The notes: a model not told the origin generated them from the sequence alone. A stretch of 64,000 nt of DNA from an uncultured bacterium (GCA_963751005.1 CAVVSY010000012.1:380565-444564), one strand, 5' to 3'; positions 10,797-24,971 are shown, counted from the stretch's first letter. Made by a program: numbers and translations.

Positions 10797-12209
10797 CTAG
10801 CCGACGGCGCCGGCGGCGGCCATGTTGAGCTCGATGAGGCGGTTCATCTCGACCGCGTACTCCATGGGGAGCTCCTTGATGATGGGCTCGATGAAGCCGG
10901 CGACGATCATCGACGTGGCCTGATCCTCGGTGAGACCACGCGACATCAGGTAGAACAGCTGATCCTCGCCAACCTTGGAAACCGTTGCCTCGTGACCGAT
11001 CTCGGCGTCCGTTTCCTCGATCTCCATGTACGGGTAGGTGTCGGATCGGCTGTTCTCGTCGAGGATCAGTGCGTCGCAACGGACGAAGCTCTTCGAGTTC
11101 TCGGCACCCGGCTCGACCCGGACGAGCCCGCGATAGCCGGCCCGGCCCCCGTCCTTGCAGATCGACTTGGAGACGATCGTCGACGTGGTGTCCGGGGCGA
11201 CGTGGACGATCTTGGCGCCCGCATCCTGATGCTGACCCTCACCGGCGAAGGCGATGGAGAGCACCTCACCGTGGGCACCCGGCTCCATCAGCCAGACCGC
11301 CGGGTACTTCATGGTCAGCCTCGACCCGAGGTTCCCGTCGACCCACTCCATCGTGGCGTTGCGATAGGCGGCGGCACGCTTGGTGACGAGGTTGAAGACG
11401 TTGTTCGACCAGTTCTGGATGGTGGTGTACCGGCAGCGGCCACCTTCCTTGACGATGATCTCGACCACGGCCGAGTGCAGAGAGTCGGTGGTGTAGGTCG
11501 GTGCGGAGCAGCCCTCGACGTAGTGCACGTAGGCACCCTCGTCGACGATGATCAGCGTCCGCTCGAACTGGCCCATGTTCTCCGAGTTGATCCGGAAGTA
11601 CGCCTGGAGCGGCTGGTCGACATGGACCCCGGGGGGCACGTAGATGAACGACCCGCCCGACCACACCGCCGAGTTGAGAGCGGCGAACTTGTTGTCGTTT
11701 GGGCGGGATGATCGTGCCGAAGTGCTCCTTGACGATGTCCGGGTACTCGCGGAAGGCGGTGTCCATGTCGGTGAACAGGACACCGAGCTTCTCGAGATCG
11801 TCACGGTTGCGGTGGTAGACGACTTCGGACTCGTACTGTGCCGTCACCCCGGCGAGGTATTTCCGCTCGGCCTCAGGGATGCCCAGCTTCTCGTAGGTCT
11901 GCTTGATCGACTCGGGGACCATGTCCCAGTCCTTCTGCATGCTCACCCTCCGGCTTGACGTAGTAGTAGATGTCGTCGAAGTCGATGGTGTCGAGGGCGC
12001 CGCCACCACCCCACTGCGGGATCGGCTTGCGCAGGAAACGCTGATAGGCCTTGAGACGGAAGTCGAGCATCCACTCGGGCTCGCGCTTCATGGCCGACAT
12101 GTCGCGGATCACCTGCTCGTCGAGTCCCTTCCGCGGCTCGAAAGCGAGGGCTGACCTCGTCTTTCCAGCCGAGCTGGTAGCCGCCTAGATCGATATCGAC
12201 TGTGGCCAC
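10797..12209 (-). CDS. sufB: Fe-S cluster assembly protein SufB (frameshifted)
   Basis: [40 protein letters not shown]. Confidence 0.93.
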
Positions 12210-12382
12210 GGTCCGATCACCTCGAGAGTCTGTGCTCACGGCCGGTACAACAAGCGAGCAGTCGCCGCCGAATTTCCACTACCGGTATAGGGGAATTGTA
12301 AGGCGAGCGTCCGGGTGCGTAAAACCCGCGATGCGGGCGCGATCCGGACGGCAGCCGGGCGCTTCCAGGGTATGTTGCCGCC

Positions 12383-12843
12383 ATGCCCGTGATCGTCGTC
12401 GGCGCGGACACCGAGGTCGGGACCCGTCTGCTGGACCGATGCACGACCCGACAGACGAGAGGTGAGGGCGTTCGTCTCCGACGAGGAAGTCGGACAGCGT
12501 CTCCGGGAACGGGGCTTCAAGGTGGCGACCGGTGACGTGTCGGACGAGAGTCATGTCGAGGCGGCCTCGACCCGATGTTTCTCTGCCGTCCTGATCGAGC
12601 GAGGCTGCCACCGATGCGCGAGAGAGGTCGTTCGCCGACGACACGCCGACGGACGTGATCCGACTGGATGGGCGGATGCCGTGGGCCCAATCGGGGGTCA
12701 CAACGTGTGATCTGGGTCGCCGAACGGGCGCCACCCGAGACACCGGTGGCCGAGGTCGCCTCGGTGAGCCCGTCACGATCCGGATCGTCGACCGGGCAGG
12801 TGGACGAGCTGGCTCACGCCGCTCTTACTCGATGTTGATGTAG
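12383..12843 (+). CDS. Rossmann-like NAD(P)-binding protein (heavily frameshifted; end uncertain)
   Basis: MPVIVVGADTEVG start, VRAFVSD..KVATGDVSD; TATGTT 6 nt upstream. Confidence 0.55.
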
Positions 12844-12869
12844 GGGAGGCGTGGGCACCCGACGACAGC

Positions 12870-13465
12870 TGGCGACGATCCACTCCTCGTGATCCCGTCG
12901 CGGTCGAACGCCTCCTGAGAAGTCGAATAGGGGTTCATCGGCCGGCCGTCGCTGCGCAGCTCGAAGTGGGTGTGGGGCGTGGTGCCTTCTGCATTGCCGG
13001 AGTCGCCGACCCAGCCGATCAGCTGGCCGGCTTGACCATGCGATCCCAACTCGACGCCAGGGGCGACAGTGAGGGTCCACGGGGCATCCCCGTCGTCGGC
13101 GCCGATGATTGTCATTGTTGAGATGGACGTAGTGACTGGTCCAGCCGTCCTCGTGCTCGATCTTGACAGTTGCGCCCGGAGAGCCTGTTGGTGCCGACGT
13201 GGATGACGATGCCACGAGGCGATGGCGTAGACCTCGGTCATCCGAGGGGCCAGCAGGTCGTTGCCTTTGTGGCTGCGCCCGCCCGAGCGATGGTCGCCGT
13301 AAGTGCGTCGAAGTAGGTCTTCGAGGTGTCTTGGGGAAAGGTGATCTCGAAGGGTGGCTCGGTGTCGGCTGCCACCGCGCACCGCCGGAAGGACATCGTG
13401 ACCACGGTCACCGCGACGACGGCGGGAGCGAACGGAAATAGACGAAAGGGGACTCGGGAATGCAA
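12870..13465 (-). CDS. M23-family peptidase (frameshifted; end approximate)
   Basis: HKGNDL, HYVHL, VGDSGNA..PHTHFE motifs in successive frames. Confidence 0.82.
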
Positions 13466-13597
13466 CAGGTGCTCCTCTGTCAGACGGGGATTGGGGGCGG
13501 ACCTGGTGGGCCCCTATGGAAAGCGACTGCGGGAAGGCTAAGGGCAGCGTTCGCGCTACGCAAACTCGAAGTTGCAGGAGTTGTCGGCCTTGGACCT

Positions 13598-14067
13598 TCA
13601 GACCGTGCCCGGAGAGGTGGTGGTACGCTCCCGAACGCCGAACCTGAGCCGGCTGGACCGGTTGGTCGTCGACCGAGATCACGAACGAGTAGGCGCCCTC
13701 ACGGTCGAAGCGGAGGTTGTTGAAGGTGAACGACCGGATGAGCCCGAAATCGGTGGTGGTCGGCGACGGGGCTCTGCTCGGCGGGGAGACTGAATCCGAT
13801 GGGACAAGGGCCTGCGGCAGAAGGCCCTTGCCGTCCTGATCCTGGAGGTCGACCGAGAGGTCGAGCGTCTCGGACTGCCACGAGATACGGGACCCGGAGC
13901 CGAAGGCCGATCGCCAGGCTGGGGTGTCGGGCCGGGAGACGTGCCACCCAGAGTGTGTCCCAGCCCCCGCCGAGGACGAAGAGCTTCCCCTGCACCGCCT
14001 GCACCGAATCGGCGAGCAGGGCGACGTCGACGGTGGGTCCCAGCGAATCCGAGGGGATATCCAACAT
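13598..14067 (-). CDS. conserved hypothetical protein, DUF6941-like (frameshifted)
   Basis: ALLAD...GKLFVLGGGWD N-terminus; G.YSFVISVD C-terminus. Confidence 0.6.
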
Positions 14068-14137
14068 CGGGCGAGCCTACCGGTGCCGGATTCAGCCCTA
14101 TCAGCCGACCGTCGGTATCGTTCCCGGCCGGAGGATC

Positions 14138-15464
<1,327 letters not shown>

Positions 15465-15468
15465 TCGG

Positions 15469-15549
15469 TCACCTTGCAGATCACGATGGAGTTTCGTTCC
15501 GAAACTCCCGGGCTAGGTATCACCTTGCAGATTCATGAAATGAATCTGC
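15469..15549. repeat. direct repeat with two triloop hairpins between convergent genes
   Basis: TCACCTTGCAGAT at 15469 and 15520; hairpins 15488-15508 and 15527-15549. Confidence 0.65.
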
Positions 15550-15616
15550 GGCACCGGCGGTGGGCCGATCAGCGGTCCGGGCTTCGGGGCCGAAGACTCC
15601 CGGAGTCCGATTACGC

Positions 15617-16959
15617 TCAGCCTCTGGCTGCCCTGAGGATCGCAGTGACGCTCTCTTCGATGTCGTTCTCGGTCGTGGAGTAGCCGGAAACGGAGATGCG
15701 CATCGCCGTCTTTCCTTGCCACACCGTCGGCCCGGCAAACATCACGCCCTCGTCCGACACCGCCTTGACGATCCGACGCGTCTCCTCCGGGTCGCCGAAG
15801 GAGACCAGAACCTGATTGAGGACGACATCGTTGAGCATCTCGTAGCCCTCCGCCTCGAGCCGCGCGGCAAAGTGCTGGGCGAGGTCGATGGTCCGGTCGA
15901 CGAGGTCGGCCAAACCCGAGCGCCCCAGCGACTTCAGCACCGCGTAGGTGGGAACACCACGCGCCCGGCGTGACAGCTCCGGGGTGTACAGACCGGGATC
16001 GTGCCCGATCTCTCCCTCCAGCAGATAGGAGGCGTCGACACTCATCACACGCTCTAGAGACGACGGATCGCGCACCAGGACGAGCCCGGCGTCGTAAGGC
16101 ACGTTGAGGTACTTGTGACAGTCCGTGGCCCAGGAGTCCGCCAGCTCCATCCCCTCGGTCAGGTGACGGTGACGGGGCGACACTGCCGCCCAGAACCCAA
16201 ATGCGGCGTCGACGTGGACCCATGCCCCCGCCTCTTTGGCCATGGGGACGATCTCGCTCATGGGATCGAAAGCGCCGGTGTTGACGTTCCCGGCCTGAAC
16301 ACAGACGATCGTCGGGCCCTCGATTCTCGGCATCTGGTCGGCCCGCATCCGTCCCTGATCGTCGACCGGGACCTTGACCACCCGATTACGGCCGAGCCCG
16401 ACGAAGCCGAGGGCCTTGACCAGGCTCGGGTGCACCTCCTCGCCGACGATGACCGTCACCTCGGGTGCGCCGAACAAGCCGTCGGCGGTGGCATCCCACC
16501 CGACGGCCGCCAGCACAGCGGTGCGGGCGGCGGCGAGACCGGTGGCATTCCCCACCGTGGTGCCGGTCACGAATGCGCCCCATGAACCACTGGGCAGACC
16601 GGCCGCCTCGCGCACCCATCGCAACGCCGTCGCCTCCAGCGCAACCGTCCCCGGGGTGGCGTCGTGGAAGACACTGTTCTGGTCCCACGCCGAGGCGAGC
16701 CAGTCCGCGCCCAACGCAACCGGATAGACACCGCCGATCACCCAGCCGTAGAACCTCGGGTTGGAGAAACCCATCGTCGCGGGGGTCGACCGTCTCATCG
16801 ATGAAGCGGATCACCTCTTCCGGCTCCATCCCCTCTTCGGGGAACGGTTCGTCCAATGCGGTCAGGTCATGTCCGGGCTCGGGTCTGATCGGATCGACCG
16901 CCACAGCCTCACGGTGGGCGATCGCACGGTGAGCGGCATCCAAGCAGGATCTTTTCCAT
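15617..16959 (-). CDS. group II PLP-dependent amino-acid decarboxylase (frameshift near 16790)
   Basis: PRFYGWV, GNVNTGAFD, WVHVDAAFG, DSWATDCHK, PELSRRARG. Confidence 0.9.
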
Positions 16960-17021
16960 GTGGGGAATGTACGCCTACCGGCAGACAACGGCGCAACTCG
17001 GGGTCGGCTTAACGTGATGCC

Positions 17022-17426
17022 ATGGATGGTCTCGTCATCGGGCCGCACACGATCCCCGAACAAGAGCTGGTCGAGATCTTCAGCACGTCGGGCGGGCCGG
17101 GCGGGCAGCACTCCAACCGATCCGAGACGGCGGTGCGTCTCCGCTTCGACATCACGGAATCGACACTCCCCGAGGAAGTTCGGGCGACTCTGCACTCCAA
17201 ACTCGGAGAGGTGGTGGAAGTGGTCTCCTCGGAGTCCCGGTCACAGTTCCGCAATCGTGCCCTGGCCCGGCAGCGACTGCGCGAAAAGCTGGAAGGCGCG
17301 CTGGTGGAGCACCCGAAGCGGAGGAAGACCAGCCCTTCATCGGCCGCCAAGAAGAAGCGGGTCGACGAGAAGAAAGCACGTGGGGAGACCAAGCGTCTTC
17401 GACGAAACCCGTCCCCCGACGACTGA
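17022..17426 (+). CDS. arfB: alternative ribosome rescue factor ArfB
   Basis: SGGPGGQHSN, SRSQFRN, basic C-terminal tail. Confidence 0.93.
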   Translation: MDGLVIGPHTIPEQELVEIFSTSGGPGGQHSNRSETAVRLRFDITESTLPEEVRATLHSKLGEVVEVVSSESRSQFRNRALARQRLREKLEGALVEHPKRRKTSPSSAAKKKRVDEKKARGETKRLRRNPSPDD

Positions 17427-17437
17427 TCTACCCTCCG

Positions 17438-18085
17438 TTGATGGCGATGACCCCGGAGACCTGGAGCTACATAGGCGAATATGCCGACGATGTGTTCGGC
17501 CAGTACGACGATCACCTCGCCGGTCTGATGGGTCGAGCGGTCGAGGCCGGGCTGCCCCGGATCGCCGTCTCCGCCGACGTGGGAAGACTGCTGAAGATCC
17601 TGATCTCGATGACCCCGGGACGACAGGCGATCGAATTGGGAACCCTCGCCGGCTACTCGGCGATATGGATCGCCCGGGGGCTGGCACCCGATGGGAATCT
17701 GATCACCGTCGAGTACAACGAGAAGCACGCCGACTTCGCCCAACGCGAGCTGGAGACTGCAGGTGTCGCCGATCGTGTCGAGATCGTGCGTGGCGCCGCC
17801 CTCGACGTCCTCCCCATGCTCGCCGACCGGCTCGGCGAAGCCAGCGTCGACTTCGCCTTCGTCGACGCGGTCAAGACCGAGTACGTGCAGTACCTCGATC
17901 TCCTCAAGCCGCTGCTCAAGGTGGGAAGCCTCCTCGTCGCCGACAACGTCTACGGCACCGGAGCCGGATGGATCGACCAGGGACACGGGACCGACGACTT
18001 CAACCGCACCATCGCCGCCGACCCGGACTTCGAAGCCGTGGCCACACCGATGCGGGAGGGCGTGCTGATCGCCCGCCGGCAGTGA
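17438..18085 (+). CDS. O-methyltransferase (YrrM/CCoAOMT-like)
   Basis: IELGTLAGYS, FVDAVK, VADNV. Confidence 0.9.
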   Translation: MMAMTPETWSYIGEYADDVFGQYDDHLAGLMGRAVEAGLPRIAVSADVGRLLKILISMTPGRQAIELGTLAGYSAIWIARGLAPDGNLITVEYNEKHADFAQRELETAGVADRVEIVRGAALDVLPMLADRLGEASVDFAFVDAVKTEYVQYLDLLKPLLKVGSLLVADNVYGTGAGWIDQGHGTDDFNRTIAADPDFEAVATPMREGVLIARRQ

Positions 18086-18131
18086 GCGTGTGCAGTTGAA
18101 GTCGCTATAGCGACTTCAACTGCACACGCTC
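18084..18131. repeat. perfect 48-bp palindrome
   Basis: GAGCGTGTGCAGTTGAAGTCGCTA|TAGCGACTTCAACTGCACACGCTC. Confidence 0.95.
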
Positions 18132-18185
18132 GGACAGGCCGAGCCGCCGGAATAGGCGTCCCACACTGGCTGTTCGTCAAAGTCC

Positions 18186-19659
18186 TTGAGCATTCCCGTC
18201 CCTCGCCAGCCCGACACCGACCACGGCCGCAAGTGGTTCGTCATGGCGGCGGTTGCCGCCAGCACGTTGCTGGCCACCATCGACGGGTCGATCGTCAACG
18301 TCGCGTTTCCCACTCTCGTCGACGAGCTCGACTCCTCGTTCAACGTCATCCAATGGGTGGCACTCGCCTACCTGCTCACCATCGCCACGCTCACGATGGG
18401 CATGGGGCGTCTCGGCGACGTGGTCGGCAAGAAGAAGCTGTTCATCGCCGGCATCGTGGTGTTCACCCTCGGATCGGCACTCTGCGGGATCGCACCGGAC
18501 GTCTCCTGGCTGATCGGGTTCCGCGTGGTGCAGGCCATCGGGTCGGTGCTCATCCTCGCCCTCGGCGCCGCCATCCTCGTCGAGGCCTTCCCGGTGAACG
18601 AGCGGGGCAAGGCGCTGGGCTGGATCGGGACCACGGTCTCCGTGGGGATCGTCAGCGGTCCGGTGATCGGCGGGGTCCTGATCTCGTCGCTGGGTTGGCG
18701 GGCCATCTTCTTCGTCAACATCCCCGTGGGCATCGTCGGGATGTACCTGGCCCTGCGTCACGTGCCCAACACCAAGCCGCCCCGAGGCCAGACCTTCGAC
18801 GTGGTCGGCGCTCTCCTGATGAGCGTCGCCCTCTTCTCCCTCTCCCTGGCCCTGACCCTCGGTCAGGAGGCAGGATTCACCTCGCCTCCGATCCTCGCCC
18901 TGTTCGCATTGTCGATCGTGGCGGCGGCGGCGTTCGTGCTCGTCGAGTTGCGGGTCCGGTCACCGATGCTCGAGCTCCGCCTCTTCAAGAGCCCGATGCT
19001 CTCGGTGAGCGTGGTGACCGGGTTCCTGACCTTCTCCTGCCTGTCGGCCACCTTCTTCCTGCTCCCCTTCTATCTGGAGGGAGTCCTCGGGTTCGACGTC
19101 GGGCAGGTCGGGCTCCTCCTCGGGGCAGCCCCGCTGGCGATGGGATTGGTCTCCCCGATCTCGGGCACATCTGTCCGATCGGCTGGGCATCCGTCGTCTC
19201 ACCCTGCTCGGCCTGCTCATCATCGCCGGGGTCTACTACGGGTTCACCACGATCGGGATCGACACCACGCCCGTGCACTACCTCCTGCTCGCCGTGCCGC
19301 TCGGCATCGGCATCGGCATCTTCCAATCGCCCAACAACAGCGCGATCATGGGCTCGGTCCCTCCCGAGTACATGGGAATCGGCGGGGGCCTTCTCACCAT
19401 CACGAGACTGCTCGGCCAGATCTCCGGCATCGCCGTTCTCGGTTCGATCTGGGCCGCCAGCGTCGCCGCGGCCTCGGTCGGCGGCTTGCCCCCGGAAGGG
19501 GCGCCCGCCGCGGACCCGGTCGCCCAGGTCGCCGGGCTCCACACCACTTTCATCATCGCGGGAGCGATCATGACGATCTCGGTGCTGGTGGGCGCCTGGG
19601 GAATGCGAAGGGAGCGCCGCGACATGCGCCACCCGCAACCGGTGGCCGCCGAGGCCTAG
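18186..19659 (+). CDS. DHA2 (EmrB/QacA) MFS transporter (frameshift near 19170)
   Basis: DGSIVNVAFP, GRLGDVVGKK, WRAIFFVNIPVG, FQSPNNS. Confidence 0.9.
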
Positions 19660-20846
19660 TCGGAGCCCGACAATGCCCGACGGTCGGGCTTTCCCATGTC
19701 GGTCCTCGGGATGGACTCGAGCCGGATCCATCGTTTCGGGATCATGAACCCAGCGAGATGCTCCGAGACCCAAGCAGCCAGGTCATCTCCGCTCGGCGAG
19801 CCCACGTAGAAGCACGTCACGATCTCACCCCACTCGGGGTCGGGAGCACCGACAACCACGGCATCGATGACATCGGGGTGACGGCGCAGCTCGATCTCGA
19901 CCCGCTCGGGAGCGACATTCTCACCTCCTGTCACGATCATCGTGTCGGCCCGGCCCAGCACCCGGACCGCTCCGTCAGGGTCGAGGGTGCCGATGTCGTT
20001 GGTCGTGAACCAAGGGTCGGGGCGGTCCGGCTCGCCCAGGTACCCCGGCGAAACCTGATCACCACGCACCGCGATGCGCCCGTCGGGCTCGATCCTCATC
20101 TCGACGCCGGGCAGCGGATGTGCCTTCCTCTCCAGAGGCGCATCGGGGCGGAGAGTCGCCACCTGGCCGAAGGTCTCGGTCATCCCGTAGGTGGGGAGCA
20201 CGGGCAGTCCGGCCTCCAGGGCCGACTCGAGCAGGCCATCGGGGCTGGGGGCTCCGCCCACGAGGACCGCCCGCAGGCCGGGGAATGGGCCGAGGTCGAC
20301 GATCCGGCGCAGCATGGTGGGCACGACCGAGACCATCGACACACTCGCCCTCATCGCGTCGGCGAAATAGGCCGGCTCGAACTCGGCGAGCATCGTCACC
20401 GCCCCACCGGTGTACATCTGGCGCACCAGGATCGAGATCCCGCCGACATGATGCAGCGGCATCGCCAGCAGCCAATCGTCGTCGGGGCCGTGACCGAGAT
20501 GCGCGTGCCGATGCCGATGCCGCGGCCGTCATGTTGTCATTGGTGAGACGAACTCCCTTGGGTGGTCCGGACGTGCCGGAGGTGTAGACGATGAGGTGCA
20601 GCCGCCCGGAGATCGGCATACGTCTCGACGAGCCGGGAGGCGGGCGCGGCGACAGTGGCGCCGCCGCCGGCGAGCCCGGCGATGCAGGTCGAGCACGGAA
20701 TCGGGAGTGAGCGTGGGGTGGAGCAGGCGATGCTCGCGAGCCCGCCGGCTCTCCACCTCGCACAGTGCTTCCCCGTAGGTGAGAACCTGTCCCTGGAACC
20801 GGAGGAAAGGGCGTGCAGGGTCGACGCGGCTCAGCCATTCGATCAC
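19656..20846 (-). CDS. menE: o-succinylbenzoate-CoA ligase (frameshifted)
   Basis: YTSGTSGPPKGV, PLHHVGG, TYGMTET, GGENV; divergent from menB. Confidence 0.8.
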
Positions 20847-20878
20847 GAGGCCGATTCTGCCCCTTATCCTCTCGATTC

Positions 20879-21770
20879 GTGGTTTCTGAGATCTTCGACG
20901 CAGCTGCCTGGGACCAGGTGCCAGGGTTCGACTTCACCGACATCACCTATCACCGCGCCCGGGATGCCGGCGTGGTGAGGGTCGCGTTCGACCGTCCCGA
21001 GGTGAGAAACGCATTCCGGCCCCACACCGTCGACGAGCTCTACATGGCGCTGGACCACGCCCGGCAGACCCCAGACGTCGGTTGTGTCCTCCTCACCGGC
21101 AACGGCCCCTCTCCCAAGGACGGCGGCTGGGCTTTCTGCTCCGGTGGCGACCAGCGAATCCGCGGCAAGGACGGGTACCAGTACGCCGAGGGAGAAGAGA
21201 TCGCGCCAGGTCGCACCGGCCGTCTCCACATCCTCGAGGTGCAGCGGCTCATTCGATTCATGCCCAAGATCGTCATCTGTGTGGTGCCGGGCTGGGCGGT
21301 CGGAGGCGGTCACAGCCTCCACGTCGTATGCGACCTGACCCTGGCCTCCGAGGAGCACGCCATCTTCAAACAGACGGATGCCGACGTCGCCTCGTACGAC
21401 GCCGGCTACGGGTCGGCATATCTGGCCCGCCAGATCGGTCAGAAGCGGGCAAGGGAGGTGTTCTTCCTGGGGCGGGACTACCGCGCCCAGCGACGCCTAC
21501 GAGATGGGGATGGTGAACGCGGTGGTTCCCCACGCCCAGCTCGAAGAGGTGGCCCTGCAGTGGGGCCGGGAGGTCACCGCCAAGAGCCCGATGGCGCAAC
21601 GAATGCTGAAGTTCGCCTTCAACATGATCGACGATGGCCTGGTCGGCCAGCAGATCTTCGCCGGGGAGGCCACCCGACTCGGTTACATGACCGACGAGGC
21701 GCAGGAGGGCCGTGACTCCTTCCTGGAGAAGCGCGACCCCGAGTTCGAGCAGTTCCCCTGGCACTACTGA
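20879..21770 (+). CDS. menB: 1,4-dihydroxy-2-naphthoyl-CoA synthase (frameshift near 21481)
   Basis: RPEVRNAFRP, FCSGGDQR, GGGHSLHVVCD, EGRDSFLEKR. Confidence 0.95.
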
Positions 21771-21783
21771 CCGCGGCCTGGCG

Positions 21784-22669
21784 ATGACCCGTTTCGGCGC
21801 CTGGAAGACGGCGGCACGCCCGCACACGTTCCCTGCAGCGGTCGTTCCCGTCCTGGTGGGCTCTGGTCTCGCCTACGGGGAGGGAGTGTTTCGCTGGGAT
21901 GCGTTCGTCCTGGCTCTCGTCGGGGCGCTTGCCATCCAGGTCGCCGCCAACTTCGCCAACGACGCGTCGGACGCGGCGAGAGGAGCCGACAGCGAAGGGC
22001 GTCTGGGCCCACCGAGAATGGTCGCATCAGGGGTGATCTCGGCTCGACAGATGTGGGTCGCCACCTGGATTCGCTATAGCCGTCGCCGCATTGGCCGGCG
22101 TCCTGCTCACCATCATCGCCGGCTGGGTCATCCTGCTCGTCGGTGTCTCCTCGATCCTGGCGATGCTCGGCTACGTCGGTGGCCCGGCGCCGTATGGCTA
22201 CCGCGGGCTCGGCGAGCTGTTCGTCTTCGTGTTCTTCGGGCTCATCGCCACGGTCGGCGCCCGATATGTGCACGACATGACCGCACCGCTGTCGGCATGG
22301 CTCCTGGCGATCCCGGTCGGGATGCTGGTCACTGCCATCCTCGTGGCGAACAACTTCCGTGACATCGACACCGACCGCGCCGCCGGCAAGCGCACCCTCG
22401 CCGTCGTCATCGGCAGGGAGCGGACCAGGGTCTTGTTCATGGTCCTCGTGTTCGGGGCGTTCGTCGCGATCGCCGTCTTCGCCATGGCCGGCTGGACTCC
22501 TCTGTCGACCCTCTTCTCCTGCTTCCTCCTGCCGTTCGCCGCCCTCCCGGTGAGGATCGTCTCCACCAAGACCGACGGACCGACCCTGATCCGGGCGCTG
22601 AAGAGCACAGCGCAGCTGCACCTCTGGGTCGGGGTGTCACTGGCGGCTGCGTGCGCCTTGGTTCCTTGA
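21784..22669 (+). CDS. menA: DHNA polyprenyltransferase (frameshift near 22075)
   Basis: ARPHT, NFANDASD, GYRGLGE, NNFRDIDTD..AGKRTLAV. Confidence 0.92.
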
Positions 22670-22703
22670 AACCGTGGGCCCGACGGGCACCGTCTAAACC
22701 GCC

Positions 22704-23457
22704 ATGAGGAGATTCGTCGTCATCATTGGCGCTCGCCCTTTCCACGGTCGCCTGTCTCGGGTCCGACTTCGCCGACAGTCTCGAGGGGTCATGGCAGCTG
22801 ACGTCGGGAACGGTTGACGGCGAACCGATCCCGATCCTCGACAGTCACCCAATCACCATCGTGTTCGATGGGGAGCAGGTGAGTGGCACCGCCTCATGCA
22901 ACGGCTACGGCGGGTCCTACGACCTCTCGGGCTCCGCCATCTCGTTCGGCAACCTGGCCATGACCGAGATGGCGTGCGATCCACCCGAGGCCATGGAGGC
23001 GGAGGGACGGTACGCACAGGGGCTGACGGCCGTGACGACGGTCGCCATCGACGGCGACCTCATCCTCACCGGCCCTGACGTCGAGCTCATCTTCACCGCG
23101 CTCGAACCAGTGCCTGACGCCGAGGTCACGAACACCGTGTGGGTCCTCGACGGCCTGGTCGCGAATGACGCAGTCAGCTCGGTTGCTGGGGAAACCGCCA
23201 CGCTGGAGTTCTTCACCGACGGCTCTGTCCTGGGGACCACCGGATGCCGGTCTTTCACCGGCCAATACGTGATGGCCGGGGCCGAGGTGGAGGTCACCGA
23301 CCTCGCCGGCGATGCCACCGAATGCGACCCCACCCTCACCGCACAGGACGATCACGTCCTGACCGCCCTCGGTGACGGCTTCACCGTCGACGTCGAAGGC
23401 AATCGCCTCGTCGTCGACTCCGGTGATCTGGGGTTGACGTATCTGGCCCAGGAATGA
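22704..23457 (+). CDS. lipoprotein with two META domains (frameshift in signal peptide)
   Basis: TVAC lipobox; SGTASCNGYGG..TEMAC and GTTGCRSFTG..C repeats. Confidence 0.8.
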
Positions 23458-23865
23458 AGCACCTGGCGTTGGCCGGGCTGCTCGTGGCCGCCACGGCCTG
23501 TGCCGGTCTCGCCGGGCGACTGTGACCCGGTCGACCCCGACGGTGCGGTGCCGTTCCACCTCTACGTGAGCAATCAGAGCTTCGAGATCGACCCGGTCGA
23601 CATCGTGGTCTGGATCGACGACCGACAAGTGGTGTGTGATCGATTCGACGTCGAGGGGCAACACAACTGGATCCTCTTCGACCTCGGTTTGGAGCCCGGC
23701 TCGCATCTCCTGCGTGCCGTCGGCAATGACGGCAAGACCACGTTCGAGCAGGAGTTCGACCTCCCCGCCGAACGCTGGGCGGTCCTCGACTTCTGGTACT
23801 ACCCCGACGACGAACCGGAGAAGTTCACTTTCTCGATCCACGACGGCCCGGTCGGCTTCGACTGA
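23454..23865 (+). CDS. hypothetical lipoprotein (frameshift near 23510)
   Basis: MKHLALAGLLVAATAC then LYVSNQSFEIDPVDI; ATGA overlap with upstream stop. Confidence 0.6.
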
Positions 23866-23930
23866 CGTCGAGGGTTTCTCGTCCTTGCATCCCGGGTACC
23901 CGGTAGTCGAACCACATCCTGAAAGGACTT

Positions 23931-24155
23931 GTGATGAGAACCACCGGAATCGGAGGAAGTCTGTTCCTGGTAGCCCTGGGAGCCATCTTCTACTGGGCGA
24001 TCTCGGTCGAAGCCGAAGGGTTTTCGATCAACACCATCGGCCTGATCCTGATGATCGTCGGAGGTGTCGGTCTCTTGCTGAGCATCTTCATGAGTGCCAG
24101 CGCCGACCAGGCGCAACGCGAGAGCGGCGGCGTCACGGTCGTCGAACGCGACTGA
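23931..24155 (+). CDS. small two-TM membrane protein (DUF6458-like)
   Basis: GAAAGGA RBS; GIGGSLFLVALGAI..IGLILMIVG. Confidence 0.75.
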   Translation: MMRTTGIGGSLFLVALGAIFYWAISVEAEGFSINTIGLILMIVGGVGLLLSIFMSASADQAQRESGGVTVVERD

Positions 24156-24171
24156 CCCATCGGACGAGTCC

Positions 24172-24217
24172 AACCCGGGGTTGATAGCGCCATATATGGC
24201 GCTATCAACCCCGGGTT
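24172..24217. repeat. perfect 46-bp palindrome (REP-like family member)
   Basis: AACCCGGGGTTGATAGCGCCATA|TATGGCGCTATCAACCCCGGGTT. Confidence 0.95.
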
Positions 24218-24971
24218 CGTTTATGGGCCCCCACCGTCTCCACGAAACGGCGCACCCGATCGGCTACCAATTCCGGGCGCTCCATGGGGAGGAAGTGGCC
24301 CGCATCCGGCACGATGTCGACCCCGGCGCGTGGAAACTCCGATGCCTGGCGGCGGGCGAGATCGGGCGTGATCGTCGCCGACCCCTCCCCCGCCATGATG
24401 AGCACCGGTACCTCGATCTCACCCATGCGCTCCCACGTCTCGTGCGCATGCCGAGCCCCGATAGATGTCGGCTTCGATCTCGGGATCGCATGCCAGCTGC
24501 ACCGGGCCTTCGCCGACGAGCCCACAACGGATGTATCCGGCGAACGCCGCCTCATCCCAGCCGGCGAACGCTCCCCGGCCGCGAAAGCTGTCCGCGGCCT
24601 CGGAACGGTCGGTGAATTCGCGACGTCTGCGCAGCGCCGTCTCGCTCATCGCGTTGTCGCTTCGTTCATACGGTCCGGGAAGGACCACCGGCTCGACCAG
24701 CACCAAGGCGCGGAACCGATCCGGATCGGTCGCCTGCGCCATGATCAGGGCCGCGGCTCCCATCGAGTGGCCGACGCCGATGCCGCCGGCCTCGGTCGAC
24801 CTCGAGCACATGCTCACCGAACGCCGACCATGCGATCGGTGGCGAGATCGGGGGGCCCTGGCCGTGTCCCGGGTGATCCCAGGCCACGGTGTCGAAGTCG
24901 GCGAGGAGGGCGCGGACCGGGTCCCAGACGGCGCCACAGAAGCTGGTGGCGTGGGAGAAGTAGACCGTCAT
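24205..24971 (-). CDS. alpha/beta hydrolase (frameshifted)
   Basis: HATSFC, DHPGHG, GHSMG, GHFLPMERP. Confidence 0.88.

Noticed and set aside
13466-13600. c-di-AMP (ydaO) riboswitch upstream of the M23 peptidase
   Set aside because: The context is typical, but I could not find the conserved motifs.
24205-24971. Alpha/beta hydrolase as MenH
   Set aside because: Separated from menEBA by unrelated genes, and it shows only generic hydrolase motifs.
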